Assembly: GCF_963676685.1 (NCBI RefSeq)
Contig: NC_092350.1
Coordinates: 15,066,001 to 15,130,000 of the forward strand
Reading direction: 5' to 3'
DNA: 64,000 nt
From: Mytilus edulis
Taxonomy: Eukaryota
Part shown: positions 53,142 to 64,000 of the stretch, one piece after another
Layout: each line of letters begins with the position of its first letter
How positions within the stretch are numbered: position 1 is the stretch's first letter
Notes under the pieces: generated by a model
What the model was told of the DNA's origin: nothing
The model's database searches: none
Seen by the model: the letters and a program-made list of their open reading frames with translations, nothing else
Made by a program: the position numbers and the translations under genes

Positions 53142-54643
53142 TTAAATTGTGTAGTCCATTTTCTTCTTTTTTGTATCTTGTTCAGCGACGATGACTGTGA
53201 CAGATGCTGAAAAGTAAATATACAATTTTTTGATATTTTTTTTTATTTTTGCAGTATCTCTGAATATCAGTAATTGCTAGATATAAGCAGAAGCAAAAAC
53301 ATTAAATCAATAAATGAACCTCAAAACACGGAAATATTTATACGATATCAATCATTGGTTTTTGGTGATAGCAACAGAAGTAGTTAGAGTTAAATACGAC
53401 GACGTAGTTTTATCTATCAAGATTTGAAATTTTATTGTTTAATAACACAAACGGTAACAATTTTTCTGCACCGGATGCGCATTTCAACAATCAATGTTCA
53501 GTGATGCTCGAGACCACACTATTGTATTGAGAGGTCTGTTAAAGTAAATGTCATATCGCCCAGCAAGGGACCATAATTGAATTGATATGTAGTCTTTTTC
53601 TAATTCTTATTGGATAAAGATTTTCCCTTTTTGATATTATAATAAGAAGATTGGTAATACAAAAACTCTCAAAAATAGACCAAAATGACGTACAATGTAG
53701 ATATGTCACCATAGCGCTTCAACAATGAGCAAAACTTATAACGCACATCAAGCTATTGAAGTCTCCGACATGACCAATATAAGAAATTGTAACAAGAATA
53801 GACTGATAGATGTACAAAACAATGAATGAAAACAAAGATAATATAAAGCAACAAACATATTATCTAGACACCTGTTCATGGTTAAAACTTTAATTGCATT
53901 TTTTGTTATTGTTTCTCTGCTGTTGAGGTTTTTGACTCACTGGCAGCTTTTACCCAATTACCTTTACCACATCTATACAATAGGCTGCTGAACTGTTTGA
54001 AAAATTAGTTGCCACAAGTATAACACAATATAATCATCCATTTTTTTCAAAGATTTATGTTTGGCGTCCCTGGTGAATGTTTATATAAAAGAGCTCAGAA
54101 AGTGTGTAGTTCATAAAACGTGGTTGTCATGGAGGAACATTCATTTTCTCAATTATAGTAACTTACTGTTATTTTATAAAGTTAACACAATGTGTTTTGC
54201 TAGTGGCCCATAAGTTTAAATTTGGATTTTCTGTCTATGTTTTGTCTATGATTATACATTTTAAACTTCAGATGTAGTGTTTTTTGACAGCATAATTAAG
54301 AGTCATTTTTGTAAACGAAAATCATAACGACAAGACAGATACTGGTGTTGTAATGCATTGTATATAATTCACTTTATCAGTTATATTACTTTACATCAAG
54401 ATGTGATTAATTCATAAAAAGAAGTAAAATTTAGTAATAACATAACCAATATTTTGTAAATAATCAAATTTATCAACTAATAACTAATTTAATGAACTTA
54501 CCATCCATCGAACAACTTGTATACTTTGACTGACTTTGACTTTGTTTACGTCTAGTACTCCTTTTGCAGCAAAGGCAGATGAAAATAGTACAGACAGAAA
54601 ATGCAAATGCAGATATGATAATACTTTGCAACCAAATTTCCAT
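53142..54643 (-). CDS. Two-exon 68-aa single-pass membrane microprotein of unknown family
   Basis: Exon 54643-54502 (ATG...G|GTAAGT) plus exon 53206-53142 (cttttcag|...TAA) gives MEIWLQSIIISAFAFSVCTIFICLCCKRSTRRKQSQSQSKYTSCSMDASVTVIVAEQDTKKKKMDYTI. TATAAATA at 54738-54731, AATAAA at 52985-52980. A paralog with the same intron lies at 58727-59695. Confidence 0.75.
53468..53508 (-). ncRNA. Degenerate hammerhead motif related to 57876-57919
   Basis: Minus strand reads gcatca-CTGA..-GAAA-t-gcgc-a-TC-cggtgc, with part of the core and stem II deleted. Confidence 0.4.
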
Positions 54644-56804
54644 TGGAAATAAATATGTTATGCAGTTTTCAAAAGATTTTTAGTTTGAAATATATTTCTG
54701 ATATAGTGTCATTATGGTAAATGATTTTTGTATTTATACCGCGTATAGGCGACATGTTGACGTCATTTAGTGTGGGATTCAGTTGTGTCCATTATGTATG
54801 TTATGTATTTAACATTTTAACATTTTTTTTAGTTATTTAACATTTATTCAAGACTTCACAATACACAAACAGCTGGCCATGCTATTCTAGTAAATAAGAA
54901 AATGCAAAAACATATATATATATATATATATATGTGTCGCATATATTTTTTAAGGTTATATGAAGTATGGACATTTATTTAGCCGGTAAAAAATCGGTTA
55001 ATGTTTTATGTTTTACTATCTCACTGACACAATCTGATAGAAAAAAGGAGATGTTAGGACACAGATGACAATGACAGACAACTTACAGCATTTAACAATG
55101 ACCAAAGCTAATACCATAATAGAGATACCAATTGTTTTTTAAAGGGAAAGGGAAGGGGTCTTTAATGGAAAATGTTGTCCCGTATTTGTTTTAGTTTTAA
55201 TCTCTGCCTTTTTTTCACTCTATTCGGTCCTGCATTTTTATTTATCAGTTTATTCTAATTTGTTTACATAAATCGTCATTCTGTTTTTTTTTGCAAAGTT
55301 GCTCATCCTGCCCCCCTTTTTTTTAACCCTAAACTCATTTTCTGCCAATTTTTTCTTCAAATTGTATCCCAGCACCTCATGTAAATCAAATGGTAGCTCC
55401 CTAAAGTCAAATTCATTTTGTTTAAATGTGAAACAATCGAAAAGAGAACAATTTAAGAGAAAACAATCGTTCGTTATATATAATATGAAAACATTTCAAA
55501 GATGTGTGAAACAGTATTTTCTAATGTTGACACAACTAGCATCTGTGACGTACTGTTTTTTTTTTATATTTACAAGCACGTGTAGAAAGAAACAGTAAAT
55601 AAACTAAAAAAAAAAAATAACACAATTTTTACTTTTTTGTAATCGTTATTGGATTTGCGCATGGTTGAAAACCAAATACGGATCTGTAGTTGTTTTCATA
55701 CATGTCCTGTGGTCCGTGGTTGTAGTTGTCTCGCTATCAATTTTTCCAGTTATGCTCATTTCTACTGTGCATTTGTATTAGGATATTTGTAAATTAATAA
55801 AAAAATGCCTAATATGTTTCAACTCGTGTTGTCGTTCCCACAATCCTGTTCGCTTTCGATGACAGTTGTTATCTGTCAGAAATATTAAAGAATTGAATAA
55901 CTTAGGTATATTTCTAAAATCTGCTGAAAAACTTAGAATTTAATTGCAGTAAATAATATTTTTGTTCTCACTTTATTTAAGTATCATATCATTCTCCGCT
56001 CGTATTTTGTATTTTGTATTATGTATTATGTATTATATGTTCTTTCATGCACACCTTATATTTATATTTACTATATATCTCTTGTGAAATTCTTATATTG
56101 GTGTAAAATTGTGTATATGTATCCTATAAGCTGTATTGCTTTCGGAATAAAGTATTATTATTCGAATGTGACATTATCGAATTTGTACTTACATGATCAA
56201 CCTAACAGATGAAGCAGGATCTGCTTTATTATTCAGATCTCATGATATTGCCCCCGATGTTTGGTGTGATTCGTGTTGGTTATTCTTTTGTTTTATATGT
56301 TGTGTTTTATGAAGATTGGTCTATTTTGGTCATTTTCCATTTTTTTACATGGTGTTGTCGATTTGTTTTTGTCTTAGTCTTTGTCTCTAGTTGAATAATA
56401 ACTAAGATATGTTGGCCATAAACTGTTACAATTGTATCAGGTATAAATATTTAGACGAATTCGGCTGCCATTATTGCTGTCTCATGTTATAAGCTTCGAT
56501 GCCTTTAACTTCTACTTGAATATAACCATCCAACAGTTTAAATATTTTAGTCAACGGTTAACGTGAGTTAATCAATTCACTGTTTCTAAAAACAAGATTT
56601 GGTATGTTTGCCAATCCGATAATTCTCCACAAGTGACCAAATGAATTAGCAATTAACAAAGATGGGTCACCGTACATCCTTCGCCAATAAGACAACTTTC
56701 CACAAGAGACCAAAATAACATTAAAATTAACAACTATAGGTTACTGTGCGGCCTTTACCAATGGGTTGTGTTCTCCATAAGAAACCAAATTAAATAGAAT
56801 TGGA

Positions 56805-57725
56805 TTGATATTTAGACAAGTTGTATATACATAATGTTTACAGCCATGTATCACCATCATTGCTGGTGGTCCGATGGATAAATCTGTTGTAGAGTTGTCA
56901 CTGACTCAAACGTATTTATAAATATAATTATTTTCTGTGACTGTATCTTGCATTTATTTGTAGGATCATTTATTTTAGATAGTTGAGATGATCTGTAACA
57001 ATACCATCACCATGCCTTTTATATCATATACTGTATTACGACACTAGATTAAAACTGACGTGGAAAGGTAACACACGGCCACCGAAAGCTTTACTATTGT
57101 GAAGCCCAGGTGGTCGTGTGGTCTAGCGGGACGGCTACAGTGCAGGCGATTTGGTGTCACAATATCTCAGTAGCATGGGTTCGAATCCCGGCGAGGGAAG
57201 AACAAAAAATTTATGAAAGCAAATTTACAGACCTAACATTGTTGGGTTGATGTTTAGACGAGTTGTATATACATAATGTATACTATATACAACTCGTCTA
57301 AACATCAACCCAACAATGTTAGATCGGTATATTTGCTTTCACAAATTTTTTTGTTCTTCCCTCACAGGGATTCGAACCCATGCTACTGACTGTATCTTGC
57401 ATTAGTTTGTAGGATCCTTTGCTATATATAATTGAGCTGATCTTTAACAATAACATCTCCATGCCTTATATATCATGTACTGTAGTTCGGCGCTAGATTA
57501 AAACTGACGAGGAAAGGTAACACACGGCCACCGAAAGCTTTATTTTTGAAGCTCAGGTGGTCGTTTGGTCTAGCGGGACGGCTGCAGTGCAGGCGATTTT
57601 GTGTCACGATATCTCAGTAGCATGGGTTCGAATCTCGGCGAGGGAAGAACAAAATATTTGCGAAAGCAAATTTACAGATCTAACATTGTTGGGTTGATGT
57701 TTAGACGAGTTGTATATATATATAT
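56805..57725 (+). mobile_element. Composite repeat with tRNA-like (Pol III A/B box) modules at 57104-57198 and 57551-57645 and an inverted partial copy
   Basis: A-box-like tggtcgtgtggt/gtggtctag and B-box ggttcgaatcc. 56937-57270 recurs at 57387-57718. There is no canonical cloverleaf. Confidence 0.75.
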
Positions 57726-57875
57726 ATGCTGACTGCCATTGGCGATTGCCAAATAAAATTGATCACATGATGTAACAAAATGAATCGTAATATAAATTCA
57801 ATACTAAACAGAAAAAAAAATAACTTGTGGCTACGATGTTATGCCACAAACATACGGTGTCAATATTATTTTAGT

Positions 57876-57919
57876 ACACCAGATCCGGATTTCGACAATA
57901 AATGTCTCTTCAGTGATGT
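57876..57919 (-). ncRNA. Minimal type I hammerhead ribozyme with intact core (third family)
   Basis: Minus strand reads acatca-CTGAAGA-gaca-tttat-tgtc-GAAA-t-ccgg-a-TC-tggtgt. All core nucleotides and three stems are present; the cleavage triplet is AUC. Confidence 0.8.
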
Positions 57920-58450
57920 GAGGGATCGAAACGGTATATGTAAGGCCATATAAAAAGTACCCTCATTTTTAGAAAAAGTACCCTCATTTTTAGATAGACT
58001 CTTGAATTTTAAGAGTCAATATAGGATAAACGGATCATATAAACCGGAGGGAAAATATGATACAAGCCCAAACGAAAAAATATAAACGAGTCTAAATTGA
58101 AAACTACGTTCAAACCTATGATTGCGTTGGATAAAAACCGCAATTTTTATACGTGTGCATGTAAAACAAATTTCGTTGGAGAAGGGTCTATTTATATGGT
58201 GTATTTAATCTCAGCATTTATTGGAAGTGTAACACTTTAAGTCGTTTAATTTCAGTTACAATTCTGAGAATAAATATATTTATTTGTTAAACTTTTCACA
58301 AAACTTTTTTTTTACTCGCTGTGATACGAACTTTGTTAACTCACTGTGATACCTTTTTAAATTTTTTTTCCTTAAATGTTTTTTGAATTTTTGTTGAAAA
58401 TAGTTTGGTATATGCTATCTTTTTTTCTCTTGGTTGAAAATATGTGATAA

Positions 58451-58570
58451 ATAGATTATTACATGTCATTTTCCATATGGTCCTTGGTACCAGCTAAATC
58501 CCTCTGGCTTGATATGGGAGTCTAGGGCTGATACCAGGGTCAATATGGAAAATGCCATGTAATAATCTAT
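58451..58570. repeat. Imperfect palindrome / MITE-like hairpin
   Basis: atagattattacatgtcattttccatat ... atatggaaaatgccatgtaataatctat. Confidence 0.75.
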
Positions 58571-58634
58571 AAATATATAATGAACGGAAATTATTTTTCA
58601 AATAATATAATATTGTTAAATTCATTTTTATGAA

Positions 58635-58722
58635 GTCCAGGTGGTCGTGTGGTCTAGCAGGACGACTCCAGTGCAGGCGATTAGGTGTCACGATATCTCA
58701 GTAGCATGGGTTCGAATCCCGG
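58635..58722 (+). mobile_element. Isolated tRNA-like head of the 57104 family
   Basis: Same A/B-box sequence, ending just after ggttcgaatcccgg. Confidence 0.7.
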
Positions 58723-58726
58723 AATA

Positions 58727-59695
58727 ATGGAAATTATTTTTCAAATAATTTTAATATTGTTATTATCATTTTCCGTCTGTAGTCATTTATCTTCATTTGC
58801 TGCAAAATGAGATCTGTAAAGAATTCTTATGCGTTGTCAGTTTATTGTCGACTTATGATTTTGACTGTCCCTCTGGTATCTTTCGTCCCTCTTTTATGGA
58901 AATCTTATGGTTGTGAACAAAGCCAGTCTATGTATTACAGTCGTTCAATGGACGGTAAGTAAATTATATCATTTTTATTTGCTGGTTAATAAATATATCT
59001 ATACTATTTTTAAAACCTTGATTGATACTTCCGTGTTCATTTTATTTAAACATGTCATAATTTTGAAATACAATAACTGAACTATATACATAGAATTGTA
59101 ACTCCAGTATCCTTGGTATCGTCAAAATGAATGTACGTTTAGGATCAGGTTGAAAGTAAGTCATAAGGCTATCAATATCAACTTAAGAAATAAAACCAGG
59201 TTTAAACAGGTGACATAATAAAGTTGCACAGTATATAACCATATTCCGATTGAACATGTTCATTCTAAATCGAGGGGACTGAAAACAAAGTCAATTGCAT
59301 GAATAAACGATGATGTTGAATACACTTGAATGAAAAGGCAATAAACAACACAAATACGTTAGCCAACAAAACCTGCAATCTTCAATAGTAAAATGGGTCT
59401 ATACCATTTTTCAGAGATTCAAAGTCAACTATACTTGGGAGTAAATAATCAGAAAGTATCAATCATTTGCAACAAACAACTAATTTTCCAATAAAAAATT
59501 GACCCAAACTAGCTTTACAAGGAGTTAATAAAGATACACAAGTTGTTCGCATTGTTTTATTTTTTACTGATTGTATTTTGTTATGTTTGATATTCAGGTG
59601 TACTGCACATTAATAAAAAAATAAACACTAAAGATTTAAAAAAAAAATTTCCAGCGGCGCCAACCGTCATCTTAACAGAACAAGCATCAACATAA
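58727..59695 (+). pseudogene. Disrupted paralog of the 68-aa membrane microprotein
   Basis: Exon 58727-58954: MEIIFQIILILLLSFSVCS, 1-nt frameshift, FIFICCKMRS, 78-bp insertion, QSQSMYYSRSMD G|GTAAGT. Exon 59655-59695: AAPTVILTEQAST*. Confidence 0.75.
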
Positions 59696-59710
59696 GATAT
59701 TTAATCCAAT

Positions 59711-59860
59711 TAAGGAATAACTGTAATATTTTTTCTACGCCGAAATAACATAAAAAATTTGGTGCATACTGAATAACGCGCGTAGCGGGCTATTTAACAG
59801 TGTGCACCACATTTTTATGTTATTTCGAATAGACAGAAAAAATATTACAGTCATTTCTTA
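59711..59860 (+). repeat. Long imperfect palindrome with central CGC-GTA-GCG mini-hairpin
   Basis: Arms taaggaataactgtaatattttttct... / ...agaaaaaatattacagtcatttctta; centre at 59779-59787. Confidence 0.8.
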
Positions 59861-61637
59861 CAATTTAATTCTAAATTCCATTTTAAACCGTAGAAAACCA
59901 TGAAAAAACGTTGATGACGTCACGGTCACATGACTAAATTATGTCTATGGGCTCATAACAAAATAACGTCAGCCAATCAGAATACAAAATAAATCAATGT
60001 TTGGTCGTTTAGATACTTCTTAATTCACGTTGACCAAGTATGTCCTTCAAATTTAAATTAACACTTTTAAATATTTTCAATGTGCCATATTATTTCAAAG
60101 CTTTCTTCGTCAACATCGTAAGTGCCGAACAACATGTTACTGTTATGGATTAAATAATTATGACATAGTAAATAATTGTAACGGCTCTTGGATACAACAC
60201 CCAGAGGTGAAAACAATTTTTTTTCAAGGCTTATTTTTGTGATTGTTTTTACTTGTTTGATGGAGTAAGTCTTTCCTTTCTCTTCACAACAAATATAAGG
60301 GCGCCAATTATCCTGTTTCGTTGTTTCCAAAGCAAGTGCAGCGGATTTATTCCACTCCAAAGTACAAAAACACAAGAAAATTTTACACTTATTATTCCCT
60401 TAAAACGAAAAGAGGAAGATGTGGTACAATTTCCCATAGGACTACTATCCACCAAATTTCAAACGTAAGCAATTAAAGGCACCCACATGACATTGAGAAA
60501 ACACACACACTGTATTGCAGCTCGAATACGACGTGACATGACAAATTAAAAAAAAAATATCGATTGAGGCAATAAAAGTCCGAAGTCATAACATTTTTTA
60601 TGAAAAACAAATTTAACAAACATTCTTAATACAGTAGCTTCCAGTTTCAGTATCTTGGGAGTTTTCTTTATAAACGGACAACTTTGAAACTAATGCTAAC
60701 AAATATGATTAAAATGATGCTAGTAAAATGAGATAAAGGACACGGCGAAATAATTTAAAAATTTGCTTTCAGCAAGTGGAGAGATGAAACAAATAAATCA
60801 CCATTGAATTCAATACACAGACAAAGAGTTTGACGGTCTTAAAATCAGAACTTGGTAAAATTTTAAAAACAGGTAAGATCCAATAGAACTAGTGTTAATA
60901 CCCGAGGGTATCATCAGCTCAGCAATTAGTGATTTTGTATTGGTATGATTTAAAACATGCCTTTCTAAAATTGTCTGTTAACAAATTAATTTTTCAGTAT
61001 TAAGAAACTCGTGCTTCCATTCATTTAGACAAAGCTCACCTAAAAGATGGATTTGACTACTTTTTTATTAATTTATAACGGAAAGTATAAGAGTTATCTT
61101 ATAAAACGTGTTAGTACATACTACTGACTTTTAAGCAAATACTAAATTCAGAGAAAAACAGCTAATCAGAAGAGGTATCAACTTAGGAAATGAAACTCTG
61201 TACAGAGAATAGCAGTTTTCATAGTCATTTTCTTTTTCCAATAAAGAGATAACTGTATGTTTAAATGAAATAAAAAAATTTGGACGACCGGTCGAAAGGG
61301 TTAGGACTATCAATAAAAAAAGAAAACGCTTTCTGGTGAATGGATAAAAGATTAATTCTTTTTTGTAATCACCTTTTTAACATTTTCTACGTAGAGAAAT
61401 GGGATGTTTTTCTTTTTTCTTTTCTTTTATAACTAAAATATATTTAAAAAAAATATATTGTCTTACAGTATTTATAAACTAAATAAATTTATTTCATATC
61501 GGTTGAGAATAAGATTTTCTTATTGGATAAAAAGGGGTCACATGACATTCATTAATCTTCAGTAATAAATTCCATCGGTCATTAACAGAACAAAACGGAC
61601 CAGAAAACCGGTCGTTTATGAACTTTTACATGATATG

Positions 61638-61757
61638 GACCGGTGGGGCGTGGTTTACGTCTGATAATGACCGTTGGGGCGTGGTTTCCGTTTGATATTG
61701 ACTGTTGGGGCGTGGTTTCTCTGTTAATGACCGATGGGGCGTGGTTTCTCTGATTAG
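61638..61757 (+). repeat. Four-copy ~31-bp tandem repeat with GGGGCGTGG boxes
   Basis: gacc(g/t)(g/t/a)tggggcgtggttt repeated four times. Confidence 0.9.
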
Positions 61758-62024
61758 AAAGATGTACCTTTTATAAAACATGTTACTGTTTTTAATATAA
61801 CATTTAAGTTGTTGAATTGTTAATTATATTTTTTCGTTAATTGTAAAATTAAAGAGAACTTAATTAAGAATTTATATACTGAAAAATCGCACTAAAATGA
61901 ATGGCAGTATTACTACGACTGGTCTTCACTCTTTACTATAGAAATCGTACAACTACTCGAGTTCGCTTTAGGCGTTTTGAATTTATGAGAATTTTCCAAA
62001 ACATGGTTTCTCAATGAAATAAAC

Positions 62025-62209
62025 ATAATAGTTCTTGAAAAACTGGTCATTATCGTGATACATGGACTGCCCGTAGGACAGTGGTATTGACTGCGACAGC
62101 GATAATGACCTCGCCTTCGGCTCAGTCCTTATCACTATCTTAGACAATACCACTGTCCTGTGGGCAGTCCATATATCACGATAATGACCAGTTTTTCAAG
62201 AACTATTAT
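62025..62209 (-). repeat. Long palindrome with central GCC-GAA-GGC mini-hairpin (minus strand)
   Basis: ~84-bp arms ataatagttcttgaaaaactggtcattatcgtgata... / ...tatcacgataatgaccagtttttcaagaactattat; centre at 62113-62121. Confidence 0.9.
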
Positions 62210-62906
62210 ATAATTCATCAATGTAATATATATTTACTAAACCGTAACAAAACGTTGGAAAGATAAAACAAATGTAAGCGTTTTCTTCTGCCAAAGGGGA
62301 CATACCTAAACTGCCAATAGTAGGGGGAGGGGTAATTTATATATAAATAAAATGATAAAAATACCTGGTTGATAGTTTTTTACGTTTCATATACATAACG
62401 CAAATTAGTGGACAAAAAAACCCCTGGTCGGCCAGCTACAAACACGAAGTTGAAGAGCATTGCAATTATTTCAAAAAGTTTATGCAAAATAGGTCTTAGC
62501 TTAAGATATAATAGACAGGTGGCTAAAAAAAACCAACCCACAATGTTTCGAGTATTTCAAAATTTGATGATTTTTCAAAACTAGAAAACTGAAATGATCG
62601 ACAATTTTAATAATACTTCACGATAACTCAAAACTACTAAGCTGTTGATACCGCCGGAGACATAACGTGTCAGACCACTATTTACTATTCATATATATTG
62701 CTCTGAAATATTTCAACCTATCAGAATCATGCAGAGACAAAGCCTTGATTAATTATTAATTGCAATGATTTAAATTCATCATATAATTTAGAGGTTTTAA
62801 ATATTGTTTTTATTATGTAAGAATTCAAACTCTCCTGAAAAAAGATAAGAAAACTCATATGTACTTGTAAACCTTAAGTTTACTGGTACAGGCATTGAAT
62901 TAAATC

Positions 62907-63107
62907 TTGGAAGTGCACGAACAAGCATCACCAGAGGTAGACGTAGACATGCATGTACAAACATCACCAGAGGTAGACTCAGACATGCATGTACAAGCAT
63001 CACCAGTGGCAGATTTAAACATACATGGATCTAACGAATGGTATGAACTGGAAAGCAAAGACAAGTGCTCTGAAATAGTGACATCTGAAAAAGAGGAAGT
63101 TATCTAA
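62907..63107 (+). other. Exon-like segment with ~3 x 39-bp repeats (13-aa unit HVQ(A/T)SPEVDxDM)
   Basis: Repeat length is a multiple of 3 and the peptide is acidic and coding-like. No in-frame start or clean acceptor was found. Confidence 0.3.
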
Positions 63108-63957
63108 ATAGCAGTGGCTTTACCCATGGAACCTCAAAGGTACAATGCAGATATCTAAACAGTCCAAGTGGTAAGTTATAATATCATGTGTAAAACCATT
63201 CAAACGGGAAATAACAACAGTTTTTTTCCATATAAAAACGAGTAACGTGAATCACATCAACAAACGGAAACCACTGAACATCAGGTTATAAAAAAAAATT
63301 CTTATAATATCACAACGGCAACGATCTATGCGAGTCATATAAAAGGAGGTAAACACACTCATTACAACATCAATTCATAGACCCTCACACCAAATATATA
63401 GAAATCCAGAGTGCAACAAGTAAAAGCAAAGGACGAAAAAAGTTGTTCAGAAAAATAAAATTCATCAACAGCTGCTGTTTGACTGTCTGCCAAATAGTTG
63501 AAAGGTATATTCAATATCAAATATACAGGCACGCAAATTTCTCATATTCGTTTTCAGAAAATAGAAATGAAATAAAAATTAAAGTAGGTATAAAAAGACA
63601 TCACTCCTTGGCGTATTAATTAAGCAAACTAAGGTAAGTTATAGTTTCTGACTCCTGTTATAATTTTGTTGTATGATCTCAAATACTCTAGATTTAGGAT
63701 ATTCAACTGTGGTTCCCTGAGCGGTTTTAAAACAAGAAATTATCTTTATTTATAACATTCTACTCAAGAGAGAGATATCTTTTTTTCGTTGTATATCTAA
63801 TACACAATAACAATCAAGTTACAAATATAAATAATTCAGCACCACCGATTTCAATATTTCTAAACTTATTTGCGAAAAAAACATATGTCTTGATACCTCT
63901 AGTTTCAATTTATAAATCCTATATATTACTTACATTATATCTCATTGCAGAATTAAC

Positions 63958-64000
63958 ATGAATTTACCATTAGTGACAATAGTGCTGACAACTGTTGTTG
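63958..64000 (+). CDS. Start of a probable secreted or membrane protein gene running off the window
   Basis: TATAAAA at 63589-63595, short leader ending AAG|GTAAGT (donor 63634), acceptor ttgcag at 63950, then aacATG and MNLPLVTIVLTTVV (signal-peptide-like). Confidence 0.55.
   Translation, partial: MNLPLVTIVLTTVV

Noticed and set aside
57104-57198. tRNA gene
   Set aside because: A and B boxes are present, but the acceptor and anticodon stems do not form a canonical cloverleaf, and the module recurs inside a larger repeat. Treated as a tRNA-derived repeat head.
61638-61757. CRISPR-like array
   Set aside because: Units are adjacent with no unique spacers, there are no cas genes, and the context is eukaryotic.

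Overview
AT-rich, intron-containing animal genomic DNA. The repeat families suggest a bivalve, probably Mytilus (inference). I assembled the spliced genes by hand from GT-AG sites and reading phase. (1) The 3' six coding exons of a Bora (aurora borealis) gene lie at 422-5913 (+). (2) A complete 9-exon, 646-aa gene at 14851-25486 (+) encodes a highly divergent forkhead-domain protein whose recognition helix reads WRSSVRHALF; it sits behind an E2F/CCAAT-type promoter. (3) A GT47/exostosin-domain glycosyltransferase of the plant MUR3-like type lies at 44236-45546 (+); its membrane-anchor region is broken and its 5' end sits in a 2.2-kb tandem duplication. (4) A two-exon 68-aa single-pass membrane microprotein, absent from the ORF track, lies at 54643-53142 (-), with a damaged head-to-head paralog at 58727-59695 (+). 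(5) A probable secreted-protein gene begins at the right edge. The rest is mobile DNA: Helentron-type non-autonomous elements, a Tc1/mariner relic, several MITE and TIR families, a LINE relic, tRNA-headed repeats, minimal type I hammerhead ribozymes from three families (including a ~365-nt retrozyme-like tandem), and three sequence-unrelated long palindromes that share a GNA-triloop centre and a CCAAT-containing tail. No tools were run; all family assignments come from motif recognition.
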